The notes: generated by a model not told the origin, from the sequence alone. Positions 38,526 to 49,584 are shown, counted from the first letter of the stretch. The stretch: DNA of 64,000 nt from Bacteroidota bacterium (GCA_947507965.1 CANNQU010000009.1:722-64721); one strand, 5' to 3'. Numbers and translations: made by a program.

Positions 38526-41500
38526 TTAATTAGCCGAAAAGCTTATCTGAAGCCAGGATAAGCCATTCCAAATAAAGGTAATGGTATCGTTTGCCGATAG
38601 ATCGGTGGTGGTGGAAGTTGTATTTGCATTTGATGTGGCCGAATCATCAAATCGAAACCCGCCAGTGGAACAGGAGATAACCAAAATTTGACCTACGGCG
38701 AGCCCATTACTTAAACTGATTAGGCGTGTCGCAGTTGTACCGGTTGAAGTAATTCTATAATAGCTTCGGTTGCCTACCGTTAAGGTACAATAAGCAGGAG
38801 AAATCGCGGTAGCAGAAAAGGTAGCATCATCGATGGTTAAGCCCCCATCAATTTCAAGAGATGTTTTTGGGCTATAGAGTGATGTGCCAATGCCTACACT
38901 TCCATTGGAGTCAATTACCATGCGGGTTATATTGGCATTGGTACGAAACTGCATACCCGAGCGGGTATTGGCATGATTGTAGATAATGCCCCCATCAGCG
39001 GCATCGAATATGTTTCCAAAGAGCACTCCCCCGGCAAAGTTATAGTCGGACAAAATATTGAAATAAAGGTCGTCGCCGGTTTCATCCAAAACCAGCGAAG
39101 CGTCGGCTTGTGGGGTAACACCGGTAGCGCCATTAGGGCCTAAGATATGAAGTCGGGCTTGGGGAGTGGTGGTGCCAATGCCTACTTTACCTGCCGAGTC
39201 GATCGCAACTCGAGAGATATTGCCATCGGTTCTAAATTCAAAACCTTTCGAGAGGGTCGTAGCATTATAAATTATACCGCCATCGTTATTGCCAACCGGG
39301 CCACCAAAAAACAGTCCTTTTTCTTTAGCATCCGGCGATAGTATATTGAGATAGGCATCGGTACTGTTTTCAAATACAGTTACGGTGTTAGTTGGTGCCG
39401 TAACAGTACCTGCACTACCCATAAAAACATGAAGCTTTTCCTCCGGTGCGTTGGTGCCAATGCCAATATTGCCAGAGGCAGAATCAATTCTTAAACGCTC
39501 GATACTATTCGTTTTGAAAACCAAGTCATGGTCATCTTTAGTACCCACAAAATTGGTGAAAGAGTTGCTACTACTATTGCCTGTGGTGAGCCATCCATAG
39601 CTATTTAAAGCCGTATCCGGCGACACAAAGGTTACGTTGCCCGAACCATCGGTTTGCATAATATTATTGGCATTGCCTCTTGAAAACGGCATGATATAAT
39701 TGGTAGTAATGGTTGATCCGATGGAAACACGACCCAAAAAATATCCGGCATATCCGGTAGCCTTTTGTGCCGATGCGTAAACACCATAATGTATGCCACC
39801 GGCACCGGGGTCTATTTCTACGGATAAACCCGATTTTGTTCCGCTTCCTGTGCCATATAACGAAATCAGGTTTCCATAATGTGCGCCATTGCCGGTATTC
39901 CAGATTTCAAGCTCGCTTCCCGCTTGTTCTCCACTTCCTGTACCAGTAAGAACGGTTACATTGCCAATATGTCGGCCTGTGCCGGCTCCACTGAGGGCTG
40001 ACCACATGGAGTACTGGTCTCCATTACCGGTATTCGTTATCGATGTTTGAATTCCATACTGAGCACCACCCCCAGTGCCTCCCAATGTGTTGTCGATGGC
40101 AAAATGACTACCACTGCCGGAGTTGCTCAACGTATTATGAATACCATACTGTGCGGCATTTCCCGTAACCGTGATATTGTTTTTTACACCATACTGGATG
40201 CCGGTAGCGGTACCGAGTAAATCATTAGAAATACCATAATGTATACCGCTGCCTGTATTTCCAATCGTAGACCAGAGGCCATACTGCTCACCATTTCCGG
40301 TGGTACCTATACTGGCTACAAATCCGTAGTTTGTTGCAGAACCCGAGGTGTACATTTGGGAAGTGACACCATATTGTACCCCACTTCCAGATCCTGTAAT
40401 GGTATTATAGGAAGCAAAATGCGGCCCGGTGCCAGTTCCACTAAGGGTATTGTACACGCCTACTTGAACTCCATTTCCTGTACCACCTAAATAATTATAG
40501 TTGCCATAATGACTCCCATCTCCATTAGAGGAAATCCAATTGGTAGCACCAATTACCTGGTTGCTTCCAGCGCCACTGACAATATTATAAGTACCCGTAT
40601 AGGAGCCCGATCCACTGGCCGTTATATCGGTATACGCTCCATAAAAGGAAGAACTCCCGTTGCCTGAAAATGAGTTTTTAACAGCATATTTGGTGCCATT
40701 ACCGGTGCCCGTAAATTCATTATTTACGCCTATCTGAATTCCGTTATTATTATTATACATCGAGTTGTCGATGGCGGTAATGGCTCCTGTATAGCTGCTG
40801 CCACTCGTAAACCAGTTGCGCATGCCGGCAATATAGCTTCCCGTAGAGGCGGTACTCGCGAAGTAATTGTACAGTGCAATTTGGTTGTGCGAGCCGTTCG
40901 ATTCGAAAGTATTTACCAATCCGGTGTGTTGGCCACTGACAACCGTGCCTTGAAATAAATTATATACGCCAGTACTTGAGTTGCCTGTTCCTAAGAGATC
41001 ATTTCTAATGGCCGTATTATATTGGTTCGAATTTAGTGTATTATAAATGCCGTATTTGTTTGAGATTAGACTTGGTGGGGTATAGGTATTATTGAGTGTA
41101 AGCGAGCTGATATTGGTCGTATTCTCAATGGCTACTTTGGTATCGCCTACGGTGTTTTTTCCAATAGCTACTTTGCCGGAATGAAACATGGAATCGGTGA
41201 TCGCCGTTGGGGCGATTGTAGTGCCTTCGGTGTACCAGTCGTGGTCGGCACTAGCGTTAGAAAGATGTTGCCATAGGGCTCCATCCCAATACCAAAACCC
41301 GGTGGTGTCGTTGGTTTGATACACGAGTAGGCCGGCCGGTTTTGGGTTGGCGGTGTAGTTTATGGCGGTACGTTGTGCCTTGGTCATGCGAGGAATTAAA
41401 ACCCCCTTAGCTGTGGAGCTAACGTCGAGGATGGCATTACTATCGGGCGTCGCATTATTAATGCCCACCGATTGTGCTATACCAAAGCAGGCGACTAAAA

Positions 41501-41537
41501 GCAATAGAAAGGTAAAAATTAATTTCATTCGTATCAA
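38526..41537 (-). CDS. Large secreted Gly/Thr/Asn-rich repeat protein (1003 aa) with ~19-residue periodic repeats (YG..N.L.GTG.G.Q) and three tail-fibre-like motifs ([20 protein letters not shown])
   Basis: Signal peptide [23 protein letters not shown]. More than 15 tandem 19-aa periods between residues ~290-560. Three I(D)S.G.VGIGT..P...LH. motifs in the C-terminal third. The C-terminus is not a canonical type A T9SS CTD. Confidence 0.75.
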   Translation of the reverse strand: MIRMKLIFTFLLLLVACFGIAQSVGINNATPDSNAILDVSSTAKGVLIPRMTKAQRTAINYTANPKPAGLLVYQTNDTTGFWYWDGALWQHLSNASADHDWYTEGTTIAPTAITDSMFHSGKVAIGKNTVGDTKVAIENTTNISSLTLNNTYTPPSLISNKYGIYNTLNSNQYNTAIRNDLLGTGNSSTGVYNLFQGTVVSGQHTGLVNTFESNGSHNQIALYNYFASTASTGSYIAGMRNWFTSGSSYTGAITAIDNSMYNNNNGIQIGVNNEFTGTGNGTKYAVKNSFSGNGSSSFYGAYTDITASGSGSYTGTYNIVSGAGSNQVIGATNWISSNGDGSHYGNYNYLGGTGNGVQVGVYNTLSGTGTGPHFASYNTITGSGSGVQYGVTSQMYTSGSATNYGFVASIGTTGNGEQYGLWSTIGNTGSGIHYGISNDLLGTATGIQYGVKNNITVTGNAAQYGIHNTLSNSGSGSHFAIDNTLGGTGGGAQYGIQTSITNTGNGDQYSMWSALSGAGTGRHIGNVTVLTGTGSGEQAGSELEIWNTGNGAHYGNLISLYGTGSGTKSGLSVEIDPGAGGIHYGVYASAQKATGYAGYFLGRVSIGSTITTNYIMPFSRGNANNIMQTDGSGNVTFVSPDTALNSYGWLTTGNSSSNSFTNFVGTKDDHDLVFKTNSIERLRIDSASGNIGIGTNAPEEKLHVFMGSAGTVTAPTNTVTVFENSTDAYLNILSPDAKEKGLFFGGPVGNNDGGIIYNATTLSKGFEFRTDGNISRVAIDSAGKVGIGTTTPQARLHILGPNGATGVTPQADASLVLDETGDDLYFNILSDYNFAGGVLFGNIFDAADGGIIYNHANTRSGMQFRTNANITRMVIDSNGSVGIGTSLYSPKTSLEIDGGLTIDDATFSATAISPAYCTLTVGNRSYYRITSTGTTATRLISLSNGLAVGQILVISCSTGGFRFDDSATSNANTTSTTTDLSANDTITFIWNGLSWLQISFSAN

Positions 41538-41669
41538 AAGTTATTGTTTTAAATGGCAATCTGACAAAAGTAAAAAAAAATGGCAATATCTGAATTGTTT
41601 ATTTTGGATGGAGACGATTGCCGATTATCTAAAATTTCAATCCAAGATTATAAAAGTTTACCCCGCTGC

Positions 41670-42133
41670 CTGAAGTGACAGGGAGGCCACAGGCTCATAA
41701 ACACACGTAAGCTTATCTACTCTGCATGAAGCGTAGGAAAATGGGCCGTGGCATCTGCTCGATTGATATGGGCAGGGTGTATCTTGGCCACGGATGCCAC
41801 GGAGCGCCTACTCCCGCTTTGGCTCCTGCTCACGCTCCACTGCATGACGACCTGAAGTGACAGGGAGGCCACAGGCTCATAAACACACATAAGCTTATCT
41901 ACTCTGTATGAAGCATCCGGTTTAACTGCGTCATGCAGAGGGCCATTTATGCGAGGGTGAAGCGTAGGAAAATGGGCCGTGGCATCTGCTCGATTGATAT
42001 GGGCAGGGTGTATCTTGGCCACGGATGCCACGGAGCGCATACTCCCGCTTTGGCTCCTGCTCACGCTCCTCTGCATGACGACCCGAAGGGACAGGGAGGC
42101 CACAGGCTCATAAACACACATAAGCTTATCTGC
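41670..42133. repeat. GC-rich tandem direct repeat: copy 1 is 182 bp (41670-41851), copy 2 is 231 bp (41852-42082, with a ~46-bp insertion), copy 3 is partial (42083-42133). Each copy carries a 10-bp palindrome pair CCGTGGCATC...GATGCCACGG.
   Basis: Read directly. GC content is visibly above the flanks. Located in the intergenic region between divergent genes 38526-41537 (minus) and 42469-42918 (plus). ORF 41717-42121 is an artefact of the duplication. Confidence 0.7.
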
Positions 42134-42468
42134 TTTTTGCGGGAGGGATCCGATTTAAGCTCTTTAAAAATCAAGTTTAAAGCTATGAATTAGAAAATAA
42201 AGAAACAAATCTAATCTATCTTTTTGTGATGTTAAATCCAGGTAAAAAGGATTAAATCCGTCAATTCATGATTAACTTGTTGAAGGATCACCATGAACCG
42301 AGGATTTCAAAAAGAGAGTTCTGCATAATAAAATGAATAACTAACCATCAAAGTTCAGATCCTTCCAGTTTTTTTCGTATGCACTTCCAATATGGAAATA
42401 CCCTTAAAATTTCGATACAAAAGCATGAAACTTGCCCCAAAATAAAATCATTATTTTCGCAGCAGTCT

Positions 42469-42918
42469 ATGTTACTTCGTATAAAACAAATTGGCCTCAT
42501 CGTATTCGCACTTTGTCTGAATCCTGCATTTCAAGCCTGTAAAAGCGGACATCAAGCATCAATGCACAAAAGTTCCGGTAACGATACGCTCGAAAACTAC
42601 CCATATTGGATTGCAATGATGGACAGCACCGGCGTAAATTATTATGCGGCAGTAGCCGCTTTTGATAGCTATTGGAAACACCGCGAAAAGCCTACGGAAG
42701 ACAACGGGGAAGGAAAGGATATCTACGGTAAAGAAAAAACAGGATCAGAAAAAAAGAAAGAAGACAACCGCTCTCTTCAATATGTTTATGAGTATAAACA
42801 ATTTTTGAATTGGCAACAACGCAACAAAAATTTAGTAAAGCCCGATGGCACCATCATGACCCCGGAAGAGGTTTTAGAACAATGGAAGAAAAGCCAAAAC
42901 GATACCCTTACCCGATGA
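42469..42918 (+). CDS. Small putative lipoprotein (149 aa from MLLRIKQIGLIVFALCLNPAFQAC...), stop overlapping the start of the downstream giant gene (ATGA)
   Basis: Signal peptide ending in a lipobox-like FQAC, and a charged Lys/Glu-rich mature region. Start moved to the internal Met that precedes the signal peptide. The ORF track's 42379 start adds 30 non-hydrophobic residues. Confidence 0.55.
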   Translation: MLLRIKQIGLIVFALCLNPAFQACKSGHQASMHKSSGNDTLENYPYWIAMMDSTGVNYYAAVAAFDSYWKHREKPTEDNGEGKDIYGKEKTGSEKKKEDNRSLQYVYEYKQFLNWQQRNKNLVKPDGTIMTPEEVLEQWKKSQNDTLTR

Positions 42919-45900
42919 AGAAATTAATTCTATTACTGTTTATACTTGTTCAATCAACCATTGCATTTCCACAAAATTTCGCGACTTTCACCCAGGTAGG
43001 TCCGGTAAAGTTTCCAGCGAATCCAAGTGTTCAAACAACCGGTATGGGACGGGTGTCGCAATTGGTATATCACCCCACCGACAGCACTGTTTTATTTGCT
43101 GTAACAGCCTCTGGCGGCGTTTTCAAATCGTCGAATGAAGGAAACACCTGGCGACCCATAAGCGACTTTCTACCTCAAACCGCCTGTGCGTCGTTGGCTA
43201 TAAATCCATTAAAACCGAAGGTGATGTTTCTCGGTACGGGCGATGCTAATTATAATGGAGGTGGACTCGGGGTTTGGAAAACAAATGACGGTGGTATTTC
43301 CTGGATTCAATCTACAACGGGCATTGGCAATAAATTAGTGTCTTATATTCTTTATACGCCCAACGACACCAACACGCTCATTGCGGCTTGCTCCGATGGT
43401 ATTTACAAGAGTAATAATGCCGGCACTTCGTGGGTTAAAACGACTACCGTTACTAGTAGCTATCGCGATTTAACTTATAGGCCACAAAGCAGTACCATTC
43501 TATATTCAGCTACGGGCAGCTATTTTTATCGTTCCTACGATAATGGTGCATCGTGGATTCAATCGAATATAAACAGTAGTATTACCTGTGCTGGAATTAA
43601 AGTTGCAATATGCCCAAGCGACACCTCTAAAATTTATTGTTTGGTTTGGAAGAGTGGTGCTACAAGCCCATTTGGAGGGGTCTATAAATCAACAAATAAT
43701 GGAATAAGTTTTAGCTTACAAGTTGACACTCCTAATGTTTTAGGGTACTCGAGTAATGGAACAAGTTTAGATGGACAAGGAAGTTATAATTTAGCAATAG
43801 CCGTTGATCCAGCGGACGCTAACATCGTTTATGTTGCCGGTATAACTATTTGGAAATCTACCAATCAGGGAGTCTCGTTTTCTTTGAAATCTCCCTGGGC
43901 CTTCGGCGTACATGCCGATAAGCACGGGTTCTTATTCTCCCCTTATAATTCAAATAAACTATTCGTTTATCATGATGGGGGTTTGGATCGAAGTGTTGAT
44001 GGAGGAAACTCATGGACCACGCTGGAAGATGGGTTGAGTGCCTCTGAATTTTATAAAATGGGGAGCAGTGGCCTTTATAACGATCATATTATTGGGGGTT
44101 TGCAAGACAATGGCATGGATGTAAGTACCGATAAAAAATTCTCTACGGTACGTGGTGGCGATTGGGGGGGTGATTTTGTCTTTGATGCCTTCGACAGCAG
44201 CATTCTCTATGAAAATGGTGGGCTCAAGCGAAATATCAAATCGCATGCTACAGGAAACATTAACGGGCAGTCGGGCATTTATGCCACACACCCAAAAGAT
44301 AGTAATATTCTGTTTGAGGCAACTACCAATTTATTTAGAACCACCAATTTAAGGGCGAATCCTTCAACGAACGTTGCGTGGAGTCAGATTTCAAGTATCA
44401 CGGGTAATACCTCACCGAATAGTATGGCGTATGCTAAATATTCATCCGGCACTTTTTATGTGGCTTTCACACCCCAATCTTTTTACAGAAGCGACAACAT
44501 TAATGCGATATCACCGGCATTCACAAAAATTGCTACGTTCCCATTTAATGGAGGTGAGCAAATAAAGCAGCTCCAAACCTACGATTATGATTCTACGATT
44601 ATCTACGTACTAACAACGCAATCACGAATTTTTAGAAGTAACAACAAAGGATTTTCATGGACCAACATAACCAAAAATCTCCCATCCAGTACGATCATTA
44701 AATTTTTACTCGACCCTAAGGCTTCCGACTCGAGTATGTATGCATGCACTGCCTTTGGGGTTTATTATAGAAACCGTTTCATCGGCAATTGGATTAATTT
44801 TTCGCAAGGATTACCCACGGTAGCACAACTATCAGACATGGAAATAATGAGCGACGGAACGACTAAAAGCCGTCTGCATATTGCTACGTATGGCAGAGGT
44901 ATATGGCAAACGGATTTGTATAAAAGTGTAAGTGTTGTCCCCATTGCCGATTTTGTGATACAGCCATCTTCTTCACAGCCTTGCGCGAATACCATTATTA
45001 CCGTCGATAATTCTACCTATTCCCCCACTTCTCGTAAATGGCGGATTTTGCCTGCTGCCGGTTGGAATTATATTAATGGTACCGACTCCTTGTCGGCAAG
45101 AGCGGAGATACAGTTTAACACCTCTGGCATCTATTTTATTTCGTTAACGGTAGCCAATGCTAAAGGTGCCAATACCAAAACAATAAATTATAATTATTCA
45201 AATTTAGCCGTTGCGCCTGTGTGCTCTACCACCACGAATCTTTTAGGAGGTTACACCATCGGTATCTATCGTTTTGAATTTAATACCATTGATAAAGCAT
45301 CGGGTACCGGCAATGTAAGTTATGAAGATTTTTCATGCGGAAGTAACACCTTGGTTGTAGCGGGTAATACCTACACGGCATGGGTTACCAATGGTTCTTC
45401 GTATAACGAAAATGCAAAAATTTATATCGATTATAATAATAACGGGCTTTTCACGGATGCCAATGAGCTTGTTGGAACCATTAGTAGTGGCTTAGGCCGA
45501 CGCTCCTGCAACATCACCATCTTATTAAACCCTCCGTTACTTAATACCTTTCTTAGAATGCGCGTGGTAAGCGATTACAGTAATGTTACCGCACCTTGTG
45601 GTATGTTAAGCTATGGACAAAGTGAAGACTACACTCTTTTTATCGACAAAACCAGGCCTAACATTACCCTCACTATTCCTAAACCCTCTATTAGTAATAG
45701 CTTCTATGCAACGTTTACGACTTCAGAAGTTGTTTATGGATTCGATGCCAATGACCTGGTATTAGGAAATGCTACCATAAGTAATTTTACTCCAATAGAT
45801 GCTTTAAATTATACCGCTAGAATTACGCCAGTGAATAATGGAATGGTTACATTAAGCATTGCTACTGCAAGTTTTACCGACTTGGCAGGAAATATTAATA

Positions 45901-47639
45901 ATAGCATCTCCGATTCAACCCTGTTTTTTTTAGGAATAAAATCTTACACGTTTGCCGGGCTTAGTATTAAAGATAGCATTCTTCCACTCTCATCCGGTGG
46001 AACCATTTTCTGCTGGGTGCCTTTCGGTACCATTTTAGATTCAATCGTTGCCACCTTTATATTAAGTGATAGCGCTACTGCAATAGTGGGTGCAGTTGTA
46101 CAGGCTTCTACAAGCAGTAAAAATAACTTTAATGGGCAAGTAATCTATACGATTAAATCGGGTGATAACACCGTGGCTAAAACGTATGTCGTAAATGTTA
46201 TCACGAACAAAAATACGGAATGTAAAATTCTAACGTATGGATTCGTAAGCCCTGCCGTAAGTGGCAGTATCACCCATACCGGTTCGGGAGGGACGATTGA
46301 TTTAACGGTTCCATTCGGTACTTCCATCTCCAGTTTAATGGCCCTTTTTACACTAAGCGATAGCGCCTCGGTTTATGTAAATTTAGTAAAGCAATTTAGT
46401 AACAGTACGTTGAACAATTTTACAACGCTGCTTATTTATAAGGTGATCGCACAAGATACAGCCTACTCCAAAACATATCAAATAAATATCGTTTATGGTA
46501 AAAGTAAATCATGCGATATCTTGCTCTATTCTTTGCTCATGCCGTCAATTACAGGGCAAATTACCAGCACCGGAGCTACCACCGGAACCGTGACCGTGGT
46601 GGTGCCTTATGGTACTTCTGTAACTAATTTGATTGGGTTGTTTGTTTTAAGTGACAGTGCCACATCGTATATTAACAATATAAAGCAACAAAGTGGCATC
46701 ACCTCAAACAACTTCTCCTCTACCATCGCCTACCATGTAATCGCCAACGATACCAATTATTCTAAAACGTACCAAGTAACGGTCATTATTGCGCCCAATA
46801 CGGCTGCTGTTTTAGTTGCCTACGATATCGTCAATCCTGCGGTACCGGGAATCATTACTCCAACTTCTTATGGGGGTTTGGTAAAAATAACAGTGCCCTT
46901 TGCAACGAATATCACCAATTTAATTGCCCAATTTACACTGAGTGACAGTGCGAAGGGGTTTGTAAATACGACGCTGCAGCTGAGCATAATAACAGCAAAT
47001 AATTTTACCGATACGTTGTTTTTTATGGTGAAGGCGCATGACGGGATACATACCAGTTTATATAAAATGGTGGTCTTCATTACTCCTAATACTCAATGCG
47101 ATTTGTTATCGTATAAATTTAATGCAACCAATAGCATTGGCGTTATTACCCCATCATTTAACGGAGGGACAGTAGCGGTGTTGGTGCCTTATAGTGCCAA
47201 TCTAGCAAGTTTGATTGCTGACTTTACGCTTTCAGATTCGGCCCAGGCCGCTGTCAATAATGTACCTCAGATTAGTAATGGTACCATCAATGATTTTACA
47301 TCGAGTATAAGTTATCTAATAAAAGCCCAAAACAATAGTAGCTCAAAAATGTATGTGGTAACGGTAAGTAGAAATACCGGTATTGAAATGAAAAGCAAGG
47401 AGGAGCCTTGGTTCATTTATCCAAATCCTGCGCAGCATGAATTATCGGTTGTAAAGAGTCAGTTCCTTATCGGCAAGGATGACTATGTTATTCTCAATGT
47501 TTTGGGACAGAAGGTAGGTTCAGGGGTTTTAAAAGGCAGAGAAACAAGGATTGATATTTCAAATCTTGCCCATGGGGTCTATTATATCAGACGGCTAACA
47601 AAAAACGGATGTAGCACCAAAAAATTCGTGAAGGAATGA
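42915..47639 (+). CDS. Giant T9SS-secreted protein (1574 aa): N-terminal signal peptide, ~7 BNR/Asp-box (S.D.G.TW) repeats (Vps10/sortilin- or GH74-like beta-propeller), a GEVED-like domain (..YGQSEDYTLF), five tandem ~97-aa Ig-like repeats, and a type A T9SS CTD
   Basis: Asp-boxes SSNEGNTW, TNDGGISW, SNNAGTSW, YDNGASW, TNQGVSF, VDGGNSW. Five repeats each containing F.LSDSA...V...Q.S......NF. C-terminus WFIYPNPAQHELSV...LNVLGQKV...GVYYIR. Start set at MKKLILLLFILVQSTIAFPQ (42915), overlapping the upstream stop. Confidence 0.85.
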   Translation: MKKLILLLFILVQSTIAFPQNFATFTQVGPVKFPANPSVQTTGMGRVSQLVYHPTDSTVLFAVTASGGVFKSSNEGNTWRPISDFLPQTACASLAINPLKPKVMFLGTGDANYNGGGLGVWKTNDGGISWIQSTTGIGNKLVSYILYTPNDTNTLIAACSDGIYKSNNAGTSWVKTTTVTSSYRDLTYRPQSSTILYSATGSYFYRSYDNGASWIQSNINSSITCAGIKVAICPSDTSKIYCLVWKSGATSPFGGVYKSTNNGISFSLQVDTPNVLGYSSNGTSLDGQGSYNLAIAVDPADANIVYVAGITIWKSTNQGVSFSLKSPWAFGVHADKHGFLFSPYNSNKLFVYHDGGLDRSVDGGNSWTTLEDGLSASEFYKMGSSGLYNDHIIGGLQDNGMDVSTDKKFSTVRGGDWGGDFVFDAFDSSILYENGGLKRNIKSHATGNINGQSGIYATHPKDSNILFEATTNLFRTTNLRANPSTNVAWSQISSITGNTSPNSMAYAKYSSGTFYVAFTPQSFYRSDNINAISPAFTKIATFPFNGGEQIKQLQTYDYDSTIIYVLTTQSRIFRSNNKGFSWTNITKNLPSSTIIKFLLDPKASDSSMYACTAFGVYYRNRFIGNWINFSQGLPTVAQLSDMEIMSDGTTKSRLHIATYGRGIWQTDLYKSVSVVPIADFVIQPSSSQPCANTIITVDNSTYSPTSRKWRILPAAGWNYINGTDSLSARAEIQFNTSGIYFISLTVANAKGANTKTINYNYSNLAVAPVCSTTTNLLGGYTIGIYRFEFNTIDKASGTGNVSYEDFSCGSNTLVVAGNTYTAWVTNGSSYNENAKIYIDYNNNGLFTDANELVGTISSGLGRRSCNITILLNPPLLNTFLRMRVVSDYSNVTAPCGMLSYGQSEDYTLFIDKTRPNITLTIPKPSISNSFYATFTTSEVVYGFDANDLVLGNATISNFTPIDALNYTARITPVNNGMVTLSIATASFTDLAGNINNSISDSTLFFLGIKSYTFAGLSIKDSILPLSSGGTIFCWVPFGTILDSIVATFILSDSATAIVGAVVQASTSSKNNFNGQVIYTIKSGDNTVAKTYVVNVITNKNTECKILTYGFVSPAVSGSITHTGSGGTIDLTVPFGTSISSLMALFTLSDSASVYVNLVKQFSNSTLNNFTTLLIYKVIAQDTAYSKTYQINIVYGKSKSCDILLYSLLMPSITGQITSTGATTGTVTVVVPYGTSVTNLIGLFVLSDSATSYINNIKQQSGITSNNFSSTIAYHVIANDTNYSKTYQVTVIIAPNTAAVLVAYDIVNPAVPGIITPTSYGGLVKITVPFATNITNLIAQFTLSDSAKGFVNTTLQLSIITANNFTDTLFFMVKAHDGIHTSLYKMVVFITPNTQCDLLSYKFNATNSIGVITPSFNGGTVAVLVPYSANLASLIADFTLSDSAQAAVNNVPQISNGTINDFTSSISYLIKAQNNSSSKMYVVTVSRNTGIEMKSKEEPWFIYPNPAQHELSVVKSQFLIGKDDYVILNVLGQKVGSGVLKGRETRIDISNLAHGVYYIRRLTKNGCSTKKFVKE

Positions 47640-47643
47640 TTTC

Positions 47644-49488
47644 TTATAAAGGAATTTCTACATAAACGTGGGTGCCACGTCCTTCTGTCGAATCGAAGTT
47701 TACCTTGCCATTGAGATATTCAACACGAGTCTTTATATTTTTCAAGCCTATCCCATCAAAATTTTCTTGATGAGCCATGTTAAACCCTTTCCCATTATCA
47801 TCAATAGTGACAGAAATTTCCATTTCGTCCTTTATAATTTGGATATCCAATGTATTGGCCCCACTGTGTTTAATTACGTTATTAACACATTCCTGAATAA
47901 TTCGGTACAGTACAATTTCAATGGTTTCTTCTAGGCGTTCATTTAATCCGTGGGTGTGCAGATTTACTTTCAATCGGGCGGAGCCGAGCTTATTTACAAA
48001 CTCCCTTACGGCAGAAGCCAAACCATTTTTGAGTAACACATTGGGCATCATTTGATGCGATAACGTTCGCACCTCTTTGCAACATTCATCAATAATATCT
48101 TGGGTTCGATTAAAAAAGGTAGATTGTTCTTCTTGGTCGAAGTGAAGCTCTTCGTGTAATGCACTTAAGTTCATCTTGGCGGCACTAAGCATCTGCCCTA
48201 TACCGTCGTGCAGGTCGCCGGCAATTCGTTTACGCTCCCGTTCTTCGGCATCAATGACCGATTTAGCGGTTTGCTCTTTTTGATTGGCACGAGCAGCAAA
48301 GAGCTCTGCCTCCTTTTTAATTTTGTATCGGTTATAAAGTAAAAAAGCGACCAAAGAAATAAGTACGACTAAGCCAAAGCCAAGGGCGATATAAAAATTT
48401 TTACGTTTAAGTTCCAAATCTTTTAATGAATTTTCTTTATTGGCTAATACTAATTTCTGTTCTTTTTTATCATTTTCATACTTTGCTTTTAATTCTTCAA
48501 TTTGATTAAGTTGGGCGTTGGTATATAATGAATCCTTCATCGATTGAAAGAGTGAATAGTACTCTAATGCATCTTTGTAATTGCCTGTTTGCTGATAAAT
48601 ATTAGCAACTTGTTCATAGTTGTATTGCAAGATATCGCGGAAATGAATTTCTTTAGCGATATCGATGCTTTGTTTAAAATTCAGGATGGCTTTTGGGTAG
48701 TCACCTTTAGCCGAATAACATTCACCTAACGAGGTATAGCTTTGACAAATAGCAAACTTATCGTTTAATACCAGTCGGAGTTCCAGCGATTTAGTGAGCG
48801 CCGCCAAAGCCTTGTCGTATTCCTTTTGCATAGAATAAATACCACCCATATTGCATAGGGCATAGGAGATACCTAGGGTAGCATTAGGCCTTGTTTCATA
48901 CAGTTGTTTCGATTTGATATACCAGAGTAAAGCACTATCTAAATTGCTTTTCGTTTCATAAATAATACCCATATTATTATAGGCATTGGCAACCCCATTG
49001 AGGTCGCTGTTACTGTTAAATAAATCGATGGCATCCAATAGATACCGAACGGCCAAATCCAGGTCATTATGTTTTCTGAGTAACACACTTAATTCAAGAT
49101 ATACATTGGCAGCCCCACTTTTATCGAGGTTCTCTTCAAATAATTTTACGGCATTCAAATAATTATTTAATGCGATATCGTGGTTGCCATTGAGATAATA
49201 GGTGACACCCAACTGTTTATAAAACTCGGCCGACTTCACCGAAAGTTTTTGTTTTAGTGAAATTTTCAGGCCTTCGTTAGCGAAATAGATACTTTTTTCG
49301 AAATCGAAGGTGGCATAGTATTCACTCAATTGCTTGCAGATGTTTGCTTTCGTCGTGTCGGCAATCGCGGTATTGAGTAACGTTTGCAACGAGTCGGGCA
49401 TACTGGTAGCAGATGCATTTTTCTGATACATTACCAATAGTACAAAAGCAAATACAAATCGTTTCATGAAGTTCACAAAGAAACGCAA
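47644..49488 (-). CDS. Sensor histidine kinase with N-terminal TPR repeats, one TM helix, and a HisKA_3 (NarL/LuxR-partner type) dimerisation domain. No adjacent response regulator.
   Basis: TPR units (NAYNNMGIIY...), TM FYIALGFGLVVLISLVAFLLY, H-box ERKRIAGDLHDGIGQML, and a C-terminal HATPase (DDNGKGF...GIGLKN). Real start may be the internal Met at 49467. Confidence 0.8.
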   Translation of the reverse strand: MRFFVNFMKRFVFAFVLLVMYQKNASATSMPDSLQTLLNTAIADTTKANICKQLSEYYATFDFEKSIYFANEGLKISLKQKLSVKSAEFYKQLGVTYYLNGNHDIALNNYLNAVKLFEENLDKSGAANVYLELSVLLRKHNDLDLAVRYLLDAIDLFNSNSDLNGVANAYNNMGIIYETKSNLDSALLWYIKSKQLYETRPNATLGISYALCNMGGIYSMQKEYDKALAALTKSLELRLVLNDKFAICQSYTSLGECYSAKGDYPKAILNFKQSIDIAKEIHFRDILQYNYEQVANIYQQTGNYKDALEYYSLFQSMKDSLYTNAQLNQIEELKAKYENDKKEQKLVLANKENSLKDLELKRKNFYIALGFGLVVLISLVAFLLYNRYKIKKEAELFAARANQKEQTAKSVIDAEERERKRIAGDLHDGIGQMLSAAKMNLSALHEELHFDQEEQSTFFNRTQDIIDECCKEVRTLSHQMMPNVLLKNGLASAVREFVNKLGSARLKVNLHTHGLNERLEETIEIVLYRIIQECVNNVIKHSGANTLDIQIIKDEMEISVTIDDNGKGFNMAHQENFDGIGLKNIKTRVEYLNGKVNFDSTEGRGTHVYVEIPL

Positions 49489-49584
49489 AGGTACTCGTAT
49501 AAAAATACCTTTTAAAGGGTAGATTTTAGATGTTCGTATTTGATGAAGATAGTTTGTGTGTCTTGTTCTTATTCCAACTTCCCC

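Noticed and set aside
41717-42121. 134-aa minus-strand ORF with an internally duplicated sequence
   Set aside because: The ORF is produced by reading through the GC-rich tandem DNA repeat. The protein repeat is simply the DNA repeat re-translated, with no start context or motif. Treated as non-coding.
41670-42133. Diversity-generating retroelement TR/VR pair
   Set aside because: Differences between the copies are not adenine-specific (G-to-A, C-to-T, C-to-A, A-to-T, T-to-C). There is no reverse transcriptase gene nearby, and the repeat is not at the 3' end of a target gene.
45950-47400. ~290-bp DNA tandem repeats
   Set aside because: They lie inside the 1574-aa CDS and encode five divergent ~97-aa protein domains. 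They are an intragenic domain array, not an independent repeat element.
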